A stretch of 32,000 nt of DNA from Candidatus Saccharimonadota bacterium (GCA_016700135.1 CP065004.1:1380001-1412000); one strand, 5' to 3'; counted from the stretch's first letter, positions 1-8,857 are shown. Numbers and translations are program-made. Notes: a model not told the origin generated them from the sequence alone.

Positions 1-70
1 CTGCCGATCCGAAGACAAAAACCACTATAGCTAGAGCAATAACATACTGAAATTTTCTTGCGATACCCAA
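1..70 (-). CDS. Possible 5' end of a membrane or secreted protein gene that continues past the window start (TTG start; MGIARKFQYVIALAIVVFVFGSA...)
   Basis: On the minus strand a TTG at 70..68 opens a frame with basic residues followed by a hydrophobic helix, running off the window edge. There is no SD and no ATG. Only 23 codons are visible. Confidence 0.2.
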   Translation of the reverse strand, partial: MGIARKFQYVIALAIVVFVFGSA

Positions 71-270
71 TGAGGAAAGATATGAAGTTACTGAATTAAA
101 AAAAGTAAAAATATTCTTCGATGTAGCTTTAGGTGATCGGAATAGGTCAAAAGAGGCTCCTTTTTGCAGGTTTTTTTTGCAGTTTTCTGCAAATGTTTTA
201 GATATATCCCAGAGCCTCAATCCCATTATTTCAGTATAGCCAATTTCCGCTTTCAGATCAAGGGTATTTC

Positions 271-885
271 TTACTGTTTTCTCACATTGGCAAACACTCG
301 GGATCGGCCCTTTTCGTACTCAATTATCTCTGTCAAACTGCTTGTCAGGTATCCTACATCATCGAAACCGTTTATAAGACACATTTTTTTGTAGGGAGAG
401 ATGTCGAAAAATTCCTTTTCCCCGCTCTTTATTAGTTCGATAGTTTGTTCGGGAAGATTCACAACGATTGTTGTTTTCACGTCCTGTTCAATAGCTGCAA
501 AGAGCTTCCGCAAAAAATTTTCAGAAACCTGTACAGGAAGAAGATAGTTATTGAGTGCATTGCTTTTGAAAATATCTGCAAAAAAACTGGAAATAACGAC
601 ACGGAAACCATAATCAGAGAGCGCCCAGGCAGCATGCTCGCGACTTGAGCCGCATCCGAAGTTTCGGCCGGCTACCAATATCTCGCCAGTATACGTTGGG
701 TTATTCAACACAAAATCTGCTTTAGGTTTTCCGTCAGTATAATACCGCCAATCACGGAACAGATTTTCTCCGAAACCTTCTCGGGTTGTTGCCTTCAAAA
801 AACGTGCCGGGATAATCTGATCCGTATCGATATTCTCGATAGGTAAAGGCACCGCCGTTGATGTCAGTATTTCAAATTTTTTCAT
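271..885 (-). CDS. leuD: 3-isopropylmalate dehydratase small subunit
   Basis: 204 aa with the LeuD/aconitase swivel-domain motif [17 protein letters not shown]. Its start overlaps the leuC stop (ATGA). Confidence 0.93.
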   Translation of the reverse strand: MKKFEILTSTAVPLPIENIDTDQIIPARFLKATTREGFGENLFRDWRYYTDGKPKADFVLNNPTYTGEILVAGRNFGCGSSREHAAWALSDYGFRVVISSFFADIFKSNALNNYLLPVQVSENFLRKLFAAIEQDVKTTIVVNLPEQTIELIKSGEKEFFDISPYKKMCLINGFDDVGYLTSSLTEIIEYEKGRSRVFANVRKQ

Positions 886-2294
886 AAGGCTAATAACTCA
901 CGGGGATCAGTGACTACACCGGCAATAGCAGTTGCCGCTGCAGTCAAAGGAGATACGAGCATAGTGCGAGCACCCGGTCCCTGCCTTCCCTCAAAATTTC
1001 TATTACTTGTCGAGACGCAATATTTTCCCGGCGGAATTTTGTCTTCATTCATCCCGAGACAGGCCGAACAACCCGCACCACGAAGCTCAAATCCTGCATC
1101 AGTAAATATTTTATCGAGACCTTCTTTTCTCGCCTGTTCCAGTACCTGTGTCGATCCCGGTACAAGAATCGCCTTTATATGATCTGCTTTTTTTCTGCCT
1201 TTAAGAATTTGTGCAGCAAGACGGAAGTCCTCTATACGTGAATTTGTGCAGCTGCCGAAAAATACATAATCGACTTTCTGGCCGATCATCGGTTGCCCTT
1301 CCTGCAAACCCATGTACTGCAGTGATCTCACTAATTGTTTACGGTCCGATTCTGTATTGAATTCATTTGATTGCGGCACGTGCGCCGTGACTCCTACACC
1401 CATTCCCGGATTGGTACCGTATGTAATCATCGGTTCGATATCTTCTGCATTAAAAACTTCAACGCGGTCATAGACGGCACCTTCATCCGACGGGAGCGTT
1501 TTCCAATATTCAATTGCTTCATCCCAGGCTTTTCCATTCAGCATATATTTCCGTCCTTTCATATATGCAAAGGTCTTTTCATCAGGTGCAATCATTCCGC
1601 CCCGTGCTCCCATCTCGATACTCATATTGCAGATTGTCATCCTGGCTTCCATCGAAAGATCACGGATTGCCGATCCCGTATACTCGACAAAGTATCCGGT
1701 TCCTCCTGACGCACTCAGCTTGGAAATGATATAAAGAATTATATCTTTCGCGACCACTCCTTTTCTCAGTTTTCCGTTAACTTCAATATTCATAGTCTTA
1801 GGTTTATATTGAAGGATTGCCTGTGACGCAAGTACCTGCTCTACTTCACTGGTCCCGATACCGAATGCGATTGATCCGAATGCTCCGTGAGTTGATGTAT
1901 GACTGTCACCGCAAACGATTGTCATCCCGGGTTTAGTAACACCAAGCTCGGGTCCTATGACATGAACAATACCCTGCCAGGGATGACCAAGTCCGAAAAG
2001 TTCGACACCGAATTCGCGACAGTTCTTTTCAAGCATCTGTACCTGTTTCCGTGAAAGCAATTCTTTAATCGGAAGATGCTGATCTTTTGTCGGTACATTG
2101 TGATCTGCTGTCGCCCATGTGCGGTCGACTCTCGATACAGGGATACCTCTTTTCCTCAGTCCGTCAAAAGCCTGAGGGGAAGTAACCTCATGAATAAAGT
2201 GAGCATCGATATACAGAACGGAAGGAAATCCCTCCTCCTGCTTGACTACATGTGCATCCCAGATTTTGTCGAATAATGTTTTCGGTTTCTTCAT
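882..2294 (-). CDS. leuC: 3-isopropylmalate dehydratase large subunit
   Basis: Aconitase-family motifs [26 protein letters not shown] and GCSACLGMN. The track ORF extends to 2552, but that part overlaps ilvC. The real start is taken as [15 protein letters not shown] at 2294, one nt after the ilvC stop. Confidence 0.93.
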   Translation of the reverse strand: MKKPKTLFDKIWDAHVVKQEEGFPSVLYIDAHFIHEVTSPQAFDGLRKRGIPVSRVDRTWATADHNVPTKDQHLPIKELLSRKQVQMLEKNCREFGVELFGLGHPWQGIVHVIGPELGVTKPGMTIVCGDSHTSTHGAFGSIAFGIGTSEVEQVLASQAILQYKPKTMNIEVNGKLRKGVVAKDIILYIISKLSASGGTGYFVEYTGSAIRDLSMEARMTICNMSIEMGARGGMIAPDEKTFAYMKGRKYMLNGKAWDEAIEYWKTLPSDEGAVYDRVEVFNAEDIEPMITYGTNPGMGVGVTAHVPQSNEFNTESDRKQLVRSLQYMGLQEGQPMIGQKVDYVFFGSCTNSRIEDFRLAAQILKGRKKADHIKAILVPGSTQVLEQARKEGLDKIFTDAGFELRGAGCSACLGMNEDKIPPGKYCVSTSNRNFEGRQGPGARTMLVSPLTAAATAIAGVVTDPRELLAL

Positions 2295-2295
2295 A

Positions 2296-3348
2296 TTATT
2301 TTTTCTGATTTTCAGGTCGGAGTTCCCGAACTTTTGCCCCGGCCTGCCACATTTCCATATTTCTGAGTTCTTCCAGTTCCTTTTCCAGTTCTTCACGATA
2401 ATTCGGATCACTGTTCTTCTCAAGAGTTCGGCGAGCTTCTTCTCCAGATTCGACACTCTTATAAAGCTCTTCAAAAACAGGTGCTGTCGCATCACGGAAT
2501 TTGTCTTTCCAGTCAAGAGCTCCCCTCTGTGCTGTAGTTGAGATATTGGCAAGCATCCAGTCCATCCCTTTTTCGCCGACCAGGCGGATAAGGCTTTGCG
2601 TCAGTTCTTCAACTGTTTCGTTGAATGCTTCACTCGGTGTGTTACCGTGTTTTCTCAGTTCATTATATTGTGCTTCAAAAAGTCCCTCAAGAGCACCGAC
2701 CAGAATACCGCGTTCACCTGTCAGATCACTAAACACTTCCTTTTCGAAAGTGGTCTCAAACAGATATCCTGAACCGACCGCAATCCCGAGAGCCTTGGCT
2801 TTTTCTTCTGCTTTCCCTGATACATCCTGATGCACGGCATATGAACTATTGATACCGCTGCCGTCTAGGAAATTCCGACGGACCGTAAGTCCTGAACCTT
2901 TCGGTGCAACCAATACAACGTCAATATCTTCCGGAGGAACGACCCCCGTCTGATTACTGTAAATTACTGCAAATCCGTGGGAAAAATATAATGTTTTCCC
3001 TTTCGTCAAATGCGGTTTCAGTTTGGGCCAAAATGCCTTTTGTCCGGCATCAGACAACAGATACATAATAATTGTTCCTCTTTCTGCCGCCGCTTCTATC
3101 TCGAAAAGAGTTTTCCCTTCAACCCAGCCGTCTTTGACTGCCTTATCCCACGACTGAGAACCTTTTCTTTGACCGACAATGACATTGATTCCATTGTCCT
3201 TCATGTTCAAAGCCTGTCCAGGGCCCTGCACACCATACCCGAGAACAGCCACAGTTTCATCTTTTAATACTTCGCGAGCTTTCTCCAAAGGAAATTCCTC
3301 ACGGGTTACGACGTTTTCCTCAACGCCACCGAAATTCATTTTTGCCAT
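2296..3348 (-). CDS. ilvC: Ketol-acid reductoisomerase (class I)
   Basis: 350 aa with the N-terminal Rossmann motif [18 protein letters not shown] and KARI core similarity throughout. Confidence 0.95.
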   Translation of the reverse strand: MAKMNFGGVEENVVTREEFPLEKAREVLKDETVAVLGYGVQGPGQALNMKDNGINVIVGQRKGSQSWDKAVKDGWVEGKTLFEIEAAAERGTIIMYLLSDAGQKAFWPKLKPHLTKGKTLYFSHGFAVIYSNQTGVVPPEDIDVVLVAPKGSGLTVRRNFLDGSGINSSYAVHQDVSGKAEEKAKALGIAVGSGYLFETTFEKEVFSDLTGERGILVGALEGLFEAQYNELRKHGNTPSEAFNETVEELTQSLIRLVGEKGMDWMLANISTTAQRGALDWKDKFRDATAPVFEELYKSVESGEEARRTLEKNSDPNYREELEKELEELRNMEMWQAGAKVRELRPENQKK

Positions 3349-3373
3349 AATAAAAACATAAATTAATAATCAA

Positions 3374-3745
3374 TTATTTTGCCGCAATCATTTCAATCTC
3401 TACTAAAGCTCCCAACGGCAGTGCCGCAATCTGGACCGTTGAGCGTGCAGGCTTATGTTCGGGAAAATATGATCCGTAAATCTCATTTACCATTTTGTAG
3501 TCTCCCATATCAGCAAGAAATATCGTTGTTTTCACAACATGATCAAGATCCGTTCCGGCTGCCGACAAGACATTGCTAATGTTCGACATTACCTGCTTCA
3601 TTTGATTTTCAATACCGTCAACCAAAGATCCCGTTTCCGGGTCAATACCAACTTGACCTGAACAGAAAATAAATTGTTCAGTTTCAATCGCCTGTGAGTA
3701 CGGTCCGACTGCTTTTGGAGCGTTATTTGTTTGAATAGTTTTCAT
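3374..3745 (-). CDS. ridA: RidA/YjgF-family reactive enamine/imine deaminase
   Basis: 123 aa with the typical RidA pattern APKAVGPYSQA...GQVGIDPETG...ARSTVQIAALPLGALVEIE. Confidence 0.88.
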   Translation of the reverse strand: MKTIQTNNAPKAVGPYSQAIETEQFIFCSGQVGIDPETGSLVDGIENQMKQVMSNISNVLSAAGTDLDHVVKTTIFLADMGDYKMVNEIYGSYFPEHKPARSTVQIAALPLGALVEIEMIAAK

Positions 3746-3782
3746 AGGTAATTGGTAAATAATTAATGCACAAAAGATGAAA

Positions 3783-3875
3783 AATGCGGATTTTGAAACT
3801 TTTTCACGCTGCCGCCAGTTTCATACGTGGTGAACGAAATCTAACTCGGCTTGAAAAAGTTCAACAATTCGCATT
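3783..3875. other. 93-nt long imperfect hairpin (element F) between ilvD and ridA
   Basis: The arms AATGCGGATTTTGAAACTTTTTCA (3783-3806) and TGAAAAAGTTCAACAATTCGCATT (3852-3875) are complementary at 20 of 24 positions. The core contains a second small stem. On the minus strand the hairpin is followed by a U-rich run (TTTTTCATCTTTT). Confidence 0.5.
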
Positions 3876-3910
3876 CGAATCTTTTGAAAAATAAAATATT
3901 GAACAAAATC

Positions 3911-5665
3911 TCAACTGGTAACTGCGCCTTTTGACGCACTGGAAACTAATTTTGCATACTTTGCCAATATTCCTCTCTTATATCTGGGTTCAGGTTTTTT
4001 CCAATTTTCCTTCCTCTTTTGCATCTCTTTTGCATCAACGAGAATATTAATCTGGCGTTTATCAACATCTATATCGATAATATCTCCTTCCATTACCATT
4101 GCAATCGGCCCCCCGTCAGCCGCTTCAGGCGCTATATGACCTACCATAATACCGTGCGTCCCTCCCGAGAACCGTCCGTCAGTAATCAATGCCACATCCT
4201 TTCCCATGCCCGCACCCATAAGGGCTGCTGACGGTGAGAGCATTTCTCTCATTCCCGGGCCGCCTTTCGGACCTTCATAACGAATGATAATCACATCTCC
4301 GTGTTTGATTTTTCCGTCAAGAATGGCATTCATAGCATCATCTTCACATTCAAAAACCCTGGCCGGTCCCTTGTGCTGCTTTATCATTTTCCCTGACAAT
4401 TTCATAACTGCCCCCTCTTCAGACATATTCCCTTTCATGATCGCCAGATGATGGCCCGGAGGTGCGAATGGCTTTTCAAGAGATGAAATAATATCCTGAT
4501 TTCGGGGACGTTCAGAGGCATTCTTCAGATTTTCCGCTACGGTTTTACCGGTAACTGTCAGACAATCTCCATGCAACAAACCTGCATCAAGAAGCATTTT
4601 CATCACCATCGGTATGCCCCCGATTTCATTAAGATGCTCCATCATATAATCACCGGACGGACTGAAGTTACCGATTAAGGGCACCTTTTTACCGATTTTT
4701 TCAAAATCATCAATCGAAAGCTCGACATCAGCTTCGTGTGCGAGAGCCAACAGATGAAGAACGGCGTTTGTAGATCCTCCCAATGCCTGTACTACCACAA
4801 TCGCATTCTCAAAAGCCTTTCGCGTCATAATATCACGTGCTCTAATACTTTTTTTCATCAGGTTGAATAATGCTTCCACTGTTTTTGCCACATCTTCCGC
4901 TTTCTTTTCAGATATACGTCCCATCCTGTTCATTGCCGGATGAGAAGCACTTCCCGGAACCGACATCCCCATTGCTTCAATGGCGCTGGCCATAGTATTT
5001 GCGGTATACATACCGCCACAAGCACCGGCACACGGACAGGATCTGGTCTCAATTTCATGAAACTCCTGTTCATTCATCTTTCCCGCAGAATATGCTCCGA
5101 CTGCCTCAAAAACACTGACAATATTTAAATCACGATCTATATATGTGCCCGGGAGAATTGTCCCTCCATACAACGTGATTCCGATAGAGTTATTGCGAGC
5201 CAATGGCATCAATGATGCCGGAATTGTTTTATCACAGCCGGAAAAAGCAATCGTACCGTCTGCAAAATATGCTTCTGACATCATCTCAATCGAATCCGCA
5301 ATCCATTCACGAGAGACAAGAGAATACTTCATACCCTCAGTCCCCATCGTCTCTCCGTCTGTGACAACAGGCGTTCCGAACATATACGGCTTACCGTCAC
5401 ATTTTGCAACTTCATCTTCAGCAATACGGGCAAGCTCGTCAATATGAGCATTACACGGACCCACATCCGTATACGGAGCGGCAATACAAATCAGCGGTTT
5501 TTCAAAATCATCAGTATCGTATCCGACGGCACGCATCATAGCACGAGCAGGAGCTCTCTTCACCCACGATTCTTCTCCCGGACGGCTCGTCAACTCCTCA
5601 CTTCTTCCTTTTAGTTCAGGTTGTTCATCGTGACAGCAGCAGCCGTCTCCACATGTTTTTGACAT
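3911..5665 (-). CDS. ilvD: Dihydroxy-acid dehydratase
   Basis: 584 aa with IlvD/Edd motifs [12 protein letters not shown] and [14 protein letters not shown]. The N-terminus carries an unusual Cys-rich ~20-aa extension. An alternative TTG start at 5593 is possible. Confidence 0.94.
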   Translation of the reverse strand: MSKTCGDGCCCHDEQPELKGRSEELTSRPGEESWVKRAPARAMMRAVGYDTDDFEKPLICIAAPYTDVGPCNAHIDELARIAEDEVAKCDGKPYMFGTPVVTDGETMGTEGMKYSLVSREWIADSIEMMSEAYFADGTIAFSGCDKTIPASLMPLARNNSIGITLYGGTILPGTYIDRDLNIVSVFEAVGAYSAGKMNEQEFHEIETRSCPCAGACGGMYTANTMASAIEAMGMSVPGSASHPAMNRMGRISEKKAEDVAKTVEALFNLMKKSIRARDIMTRKAFENAIVVVQALGGSTNAVLHLLALAHEADVELSIDDFEKIGKKVPLIGNFSPSGDYMMEHLNEIGGIPMVMKMLLDAGLLHGDCLTVTGKTVAENLKNASERPRNQDIISSLEKPFAPPGHHLAIMKGNMSEEGAVMKLSGKMIKQHKGPARVFECEDDAMNAILDGKIKHGDVIIIRYEGPKGGPGMREMLSPSAALMGAGMGKDVALITDGRFSGGTHGIMVGHIAPEAADGGPIAMVMEGDIIDIDVDKRQINILVDAKEMQKRKENWKKPEPRYKRGILAKYAKLVSSASKGAVTS

Positions 5666-5692
5666 TTATTGTTTTAAAATTCTAATTAGCAA

Positions 5693-5784
5693 GAGCGCAG
5701 TAACCAAAATTTGCGCTGAGGTGGATGTTCGATCCGCCAGCTGGCGGAGAGTTCACCTCTAGCAAATTTTCGGTTACAAGCGAA
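5693..5784. repeat. Intercistronic nested-palindrome element, copy A (92 nt)
   Basis: GAGCGCAGTAACCAAAATTTGCGCTGAGGTGGATGTTCGATCCGCCAGCTGGCGGAGAGTTCACCTCTAGCAAATTTTCGGTTACAAGCGAA. It differs from copy B at 4 positions and lies between the ilvA stop and the ilvD start. Confidence 0.9.
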
Positions 5785-5797
5785 ACTTTATTAAAAA

Positions 5798-7042
5798 CTA
5801 TACAAGATACTCATACAGCATATCCTGTTCAGTCAGCTTCCGGTACTTCAATTCGATCGCATCCATCCGTTCCATCAATGGTTTCAAATCAGATTTATCT
5901 TTTAATTCAATCCCGACAAGTGCCGGAGCCTTTTCCTTATTCGTCTTCTTGATATACTCGAATCGGACAATATCGTCATTGGGACCGAGTGACTCATCAA
6001 GCATCCGTTTCAGCTGACCCGGCTTCTGAGCAAACTCGACAATAAAATAATGCTTTCTTCCCTGATACACCAGACTTTTTTCCATAATTTCCGGATAGCG
6101 CAAAATGTCGTTATTTCCTCCGCTCAACACACACACAACCGTTTTCCCTGCGATCTTTTCCGCAAGATAATCAAGTGCAGAGATTGAAAGCGCTCCTGCC
6201 GGCTCCGAGACAATCCCTTCATTCTGATACAGCTCAATCATTGTCGTACAGTCCTTTCCTTCGGGAACAAGCACGATATCATCAACATATTTTTTTGCGA
6301 TTTCAAAAGTAAGATTTCCGACCGTCCTCACAGCCGCTCCGTCTACAAACGTATCGATCGTATCAAGGGTCACAATCGTATTCTGCTTCATGGATTCAAA
6401 CATCCCGGGTGCACCTTCAGGTTCGACACCGACAATCCGGATATGTTGATTTTTCCCTTTCAAAAACGTCGAAACACCTGATATGAGTCCGCCGCCCCCG
6501 ATAGCGCAAAGCACGAAATCCACTTTTCCTTTGAGTTCTTCAAACAATTCTTTTCCCACCGTACCCTGACCTGCAATTGTCATCGGGTCGTTGAAAGGAT
6601 GGACATATGCAGCATTATTCTCTTTGGCAAATACCTGAGACGCAATACTTGCATCATCAAAAGTGGTCCCGACCAATTTGATATCGACATACCCGTCCCC
6701 GAATTGCTGGACTTTCTCAATTTTCTGATTCGGTGTGACGATCGGCATAAAAATGGTACCGTGCACCTTCAACGCATTACAACTATAAGCAACGCCCTGT
6801 GCATGATTTCCGGCACTGGCACAGACTACACCGTTTTCACGCTGTTTTGCAGTCATCGAAGCCATTTTATTATAAGCCCCCCGTATCTTAAAAGACCGAA
6901 CCTCCTGCAAATCTTCCCGCTTTATGTAGACGTTAGCTTTGTACTTCTTTGATAAGCGGGCTGAGTACTGCAAAGGCGTTTTCTGAGCAATCCCTTTCAG
7001 CCTCTTTGCCGCTTCTTCAATTTCTTTTATCGTGATTTTCAT
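5798..7042 (-). CDS. ilvA: Threonine ammonia-lyase (biosynthetic threonine dehydratase, short form)
   Basis: PLP-lysine motif SFKIRGAY, glycine loop GGGGLISG, and a C-terminal ACT-like regulatory domain. Start chosen at MKITIKEIEEA (7042), because the longer track ORF runs into repeat copy B. Confidence 0.92.
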   Translation of the reverse strand: MKITIKEIEEAAKRLKGIAQKTPLQYSARLSKKYKANVYIKREDLQEVRSFKIRGAYNKMASMTAKQRENGVVCASAGNHAQGVAYSCNALKVHGTIFMPIVTPNQKIEKVQQFGDGYVDIKLVGTTFDDASIASQVFAKENNAAYVHPFNDPMTIAGQGTVGKELFEELKGKVDFVLCAIGGGGLISGVSTFLKGKNQHIRIVGVEPEGAPGMFESMKQNTIVTLDTIDTFVDGAAVRTVGNLTFEIAKKYVDDIVLVPEGKDCTTMIELYQNEGIVSEPAGALSISALDYLAEKIAGKTVVCVLSGGNNDILRYPEIMEKSLVYQGRKHYFIVEFAQKPGQLKRMLDESLGPNDDIVRFEYIKKTNKEKAPALVGIELKDKSDLKPLMERMDAIELKYRKLTEQDMLYEYLV

Positions 7043-7060
7043 AATACTTTTTGGTGCAAT

Positions 7061-7152
7061 GAGCGCAGTAATCAAAATTTGTGCAGAGGTGGATGTTCGA
7101 TCCGCCAGCTGGCGGAGAGTTCACCTCTAACAAATTTTCGGTTACAAGCGAA
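7061..7152. repeat. Intercistronic nested-palindrome element, copy B (92 nt)
   Basis: GAGCGCAGTAATCAAAATTTGTGCAGAGGTGGATGTTCGATCCGCCAGCTGGCGGAGAGTTCACCTCTAACAAATTTTCGGTTACAAGCGAA, between the leuA stop and the ilvA start. Confidence 0.9.
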
Positions 7153-7171
7153 TCATAACCCACAAACAACT

Positions 7172-8683
7172 TTAAATTAATTTATTTAACCCATCAACAT
7201 ACGCCTGTACAGCAGCAACAACAATATCTGTATCAGAGCCGAACCCGTAATGCATCTTCTTCCCGTATTCAAGCTGTACGTTCACACGGCTAATATCATC
7301 CGACCCTTTTGTTACAGCCTGAATCAAAAATTCTTTCAAAACCGGAATTTTTTTCATTAGATCAGAATCTTTTATAATCTGATTGACGCAGTTGTATGAC
7401 GCATCCACCGGACCGTTCCCTGTCTTAGAGGCAATAAATTCATTGCCATTGATTTTCAATTTGACCGATGCCATCGGTTTCAACGGATACCCGCATACCA
7501 CCTCAACAAGATCAATTTGTATTTTCCTCTGTACGTCCCCCGCCCGACCCATCAGCATCTGCAGGTCTTCATCATTGACCTCTTTCTTGCTGTCGGCAAG
7601 CTCCAGAAACTTCGGATACAATGCATCCAATTGCTCCTTATTCAACGTAAATCCCAGCTCCTGCAAACGATGATTCAATGCAGCCCGACCCGATCTTGCT
7701 CCCAAAACAATCTGAGTTTGCTCCAATCCGACATCAGTCGGCTGCATAATCTCAAATGCCTGTTTGTTTTTGAGCATCCCGTCCTGATGAATACCCGAAG
7801 CATGAGCAAATGCATTTGCACCGACAATAGCTTTGTTTGCTTGAACCGGCATCTTCATCAGTCTTGAAACCAAACGGCTTGTCGGATATATCTTTTTGGT
7901 ATTGATGCCCATATCAAAATCCAATCCGTGATTCGTTTTGATTGCCATAATGACCTCCTCGAGCGCAGTGTTCCCCGCCCGTTCTCCGACACCGTTTATA
8001 GTCCCTTCCACCTGTCGAGCACCGTTCACGACGCCTGCCAAAGCGTTCGCAGTCGCCAGACCCAGATCATTGTGACAGTGCACGGCAATCGTGACTTTAT
8101 CAATATTTTTCACATTATCAACCAGATATTTGATCTTCTCCCCGAACTCCCAGGGCATACAATAGCCTGTCGTATCTGGAATATTGATGACGGTCGCCCC
8201 GGCTTCAATAACCTTCTCAACAAAATGTGCCAAAAACTCATTTTCAGTACGTCCTGCATCCATCGGTGAAAACTGCACATCCTCAACATATTTTTTAGCG
8301 TGTTTCACGGCATCGATGGCACGCTGCAGGATTTCTTCCCTTGTCGATTTGAAAACGTATTTAATGTGAATGTCTGAGCTTGAAATAAACGTATGAATCC
8401 GTTTTCGTTTTGCATACTTCAGAGATTCTGCGGCGCAATCAATATCTCCCTTAATCGCACGCGCCAAAGGAGAAATGACCGGTTTAGAAATTGCTTTTGT
8501 GATCTCTACAACCGAATCAAAATCACCTTTTGATGAAATCGGAAAACCCGGTTCAACAACATCGACACCCAATGATTCAAGAGCTTTTGCAACCTCAATT
8601 TTCTCAACAGTGTTCAATTGACACCCCGGAGCCTGTTCACCGTCTCTCAGAGTAGTATCAAAGATATATACTTTGTTTTTCAT
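7172..8683 (-). CDS. leuA: 2-isopropylmalate synthase
   Basis: Motifs FDTTLRDGEQ and HCHNDLGLATANALAG, plus a C-terminal LeuA-type regulatory domain. Start taken at MKNKVYIFDTT (8683), because the track ORF extension translates repeat copy C. Confidence 0.9.
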   Translation of the reverse strand: MKNKVYIFDTTLRDGEQAPGCQLNTVEKIEVAKALESLGVDVVEPGFPISSKGDFDSVVEITKAISKPVISPLARAIKGDIDCAAESLKYAKRKRIHTFISSSDIHIKYVFKSTREEILQRAIDAVKHAKKYVEDVQFSPMDAGRTENEFLAHFVEKVIEAGATVINIPDTTGYCMPWEFGEKIKYLVDNVKNIDKVTIAVHCHNDLGLATANALAGVVNGARQVEGTINGVGERAGNTALEEVIMAIKTNHGLDFDMGINTKKIYPTSRLVSRLMKMPVQANKAIVGANAFAHASGIHQDGMLKNKQAFEIMQPTDVGLEQTQIVLGARSGRAALNHRLQELGFTLNKEQLDALYPKFLELADSKKEVNDEDLQMLMGRAGDVQRKIQIDLVEVVCGYPLKPMASVKLKINGNEFIASKTGNGPVDASYNCVNQIIKDSDLMKKIPVLKEFLIQAVTKGSDDISRVNVQLEYGKKMHYGFGSDTDIVVAAVQAYVDGLNKLI

Positions 8684-8706
8684 ATGTAATGTATGTAATT
8701 TAAATT

Positions 8707-8798
8707 GAGCGCAGTAATCAAAATTTGTGCAGAGGTGGATGTTCGATCCGCCAGCTGGCGGAGAGTTCACCTCTAACAAATTTTCGGTTACTAGCGAA
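8707..8798. repeat. Intercistronic nested-palindrome element, copy C (92 nt)
   Basis: Identical to copy B except for one base (TACTAG versus TACAAG). It lies between ilvN and leuA. Confidence 0.9.
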
Positions 8799-8818
8799 AT
8801 ATTTATAATAAATCTTGG

Positions 8819-8857
8819 ATCCCGGATCGGGGTCCGGGATGACAGCATTCGGCTGTC
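8819..8857 (-). other. Two tandem stem-loops immediately after or overlapping the ilvN stop codon
   Basis: ATCCCGGA-tcgggg-TCCGGGAT (8-bp stem, 8819-8840), then GACAGC-attcg-GCTGTC (6-bp stem, 8841-8857). There is no clear U-tract on the minus strand. Confidence 0.5.

Noticed and set aside
176-193. Hairpin TTTGCAG-tttt-CTGCAAA downstream of leuD as the operon terminator.
   Set aside because: On the minus (transcribed) strand the stem is followed by A residues rather than a U-tract, and the stem is AT-rich and short. It is not convincing as an intrinsic terminator, though Rho-dependent or other termination cannot be assessed from sequence.
2295-2552. Long N-terminal extensions in the ORF track for leuC (to 2552), ilvA (to 7075), leuA (to 8872), ilvB (to 11063) and ilvE (to 12079).
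   Set aside because: The extensions overlap the upstream gene (leuC and ilvB), translate the repeat elements (leuA and ilvA), or translate the attenuator terminator (ilvE). In each case an internal Met aligns with the conserved N-terminus of the enzyme family.
5725-5952. Plus-strand ORFs starting inside the repeats (MFDPPAGGEFTS[SN]KFSVTSE..., also 8727..8969 and a 21-aa version in copy B) that look like a conserved small protein.
   Set aside because: The similarity simply reflects translation of the repeated DNA. Downstream lengths differ widely between copies (21 aa to 80 aa). In diverged copy D, indels change the frame and give MFERTSLGRVHF-stop, while the stems stay complementary. The GAGGTG just upstream is only 1 nt from the ATG, too close for an SD. 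The conservation is structural, not coding.
7086-7110. The tRNA-like look of GGTGGATGTTCGATCCGCCAGC (T-loop-like GTTCGAT followed by ...GCCA), suggesting a tRNA gene, tRNA-derived element or RNase P/Z punctuation signal.
   Set aside because: No full cloverleaf can be drawn. There is no acceptor stem, D arm or anticodon arm. The stem next to the loop is only 3-4 bp with a 5-nt loop, and the motif is not conserved in copies D and E. I kept it only as a descriptive remark.
7061-7152. The three-way-junction shape suggested a hammerhead or other small self-cleaving ribozyme.
   Set aside because: The hammerhead core (CUGAnGA ... GAAA) is absent on both strands, and I could not find twister, pistol or hatchet-like conserved cores by eye. 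This cannot be fully excluded without a covariance-model scan.
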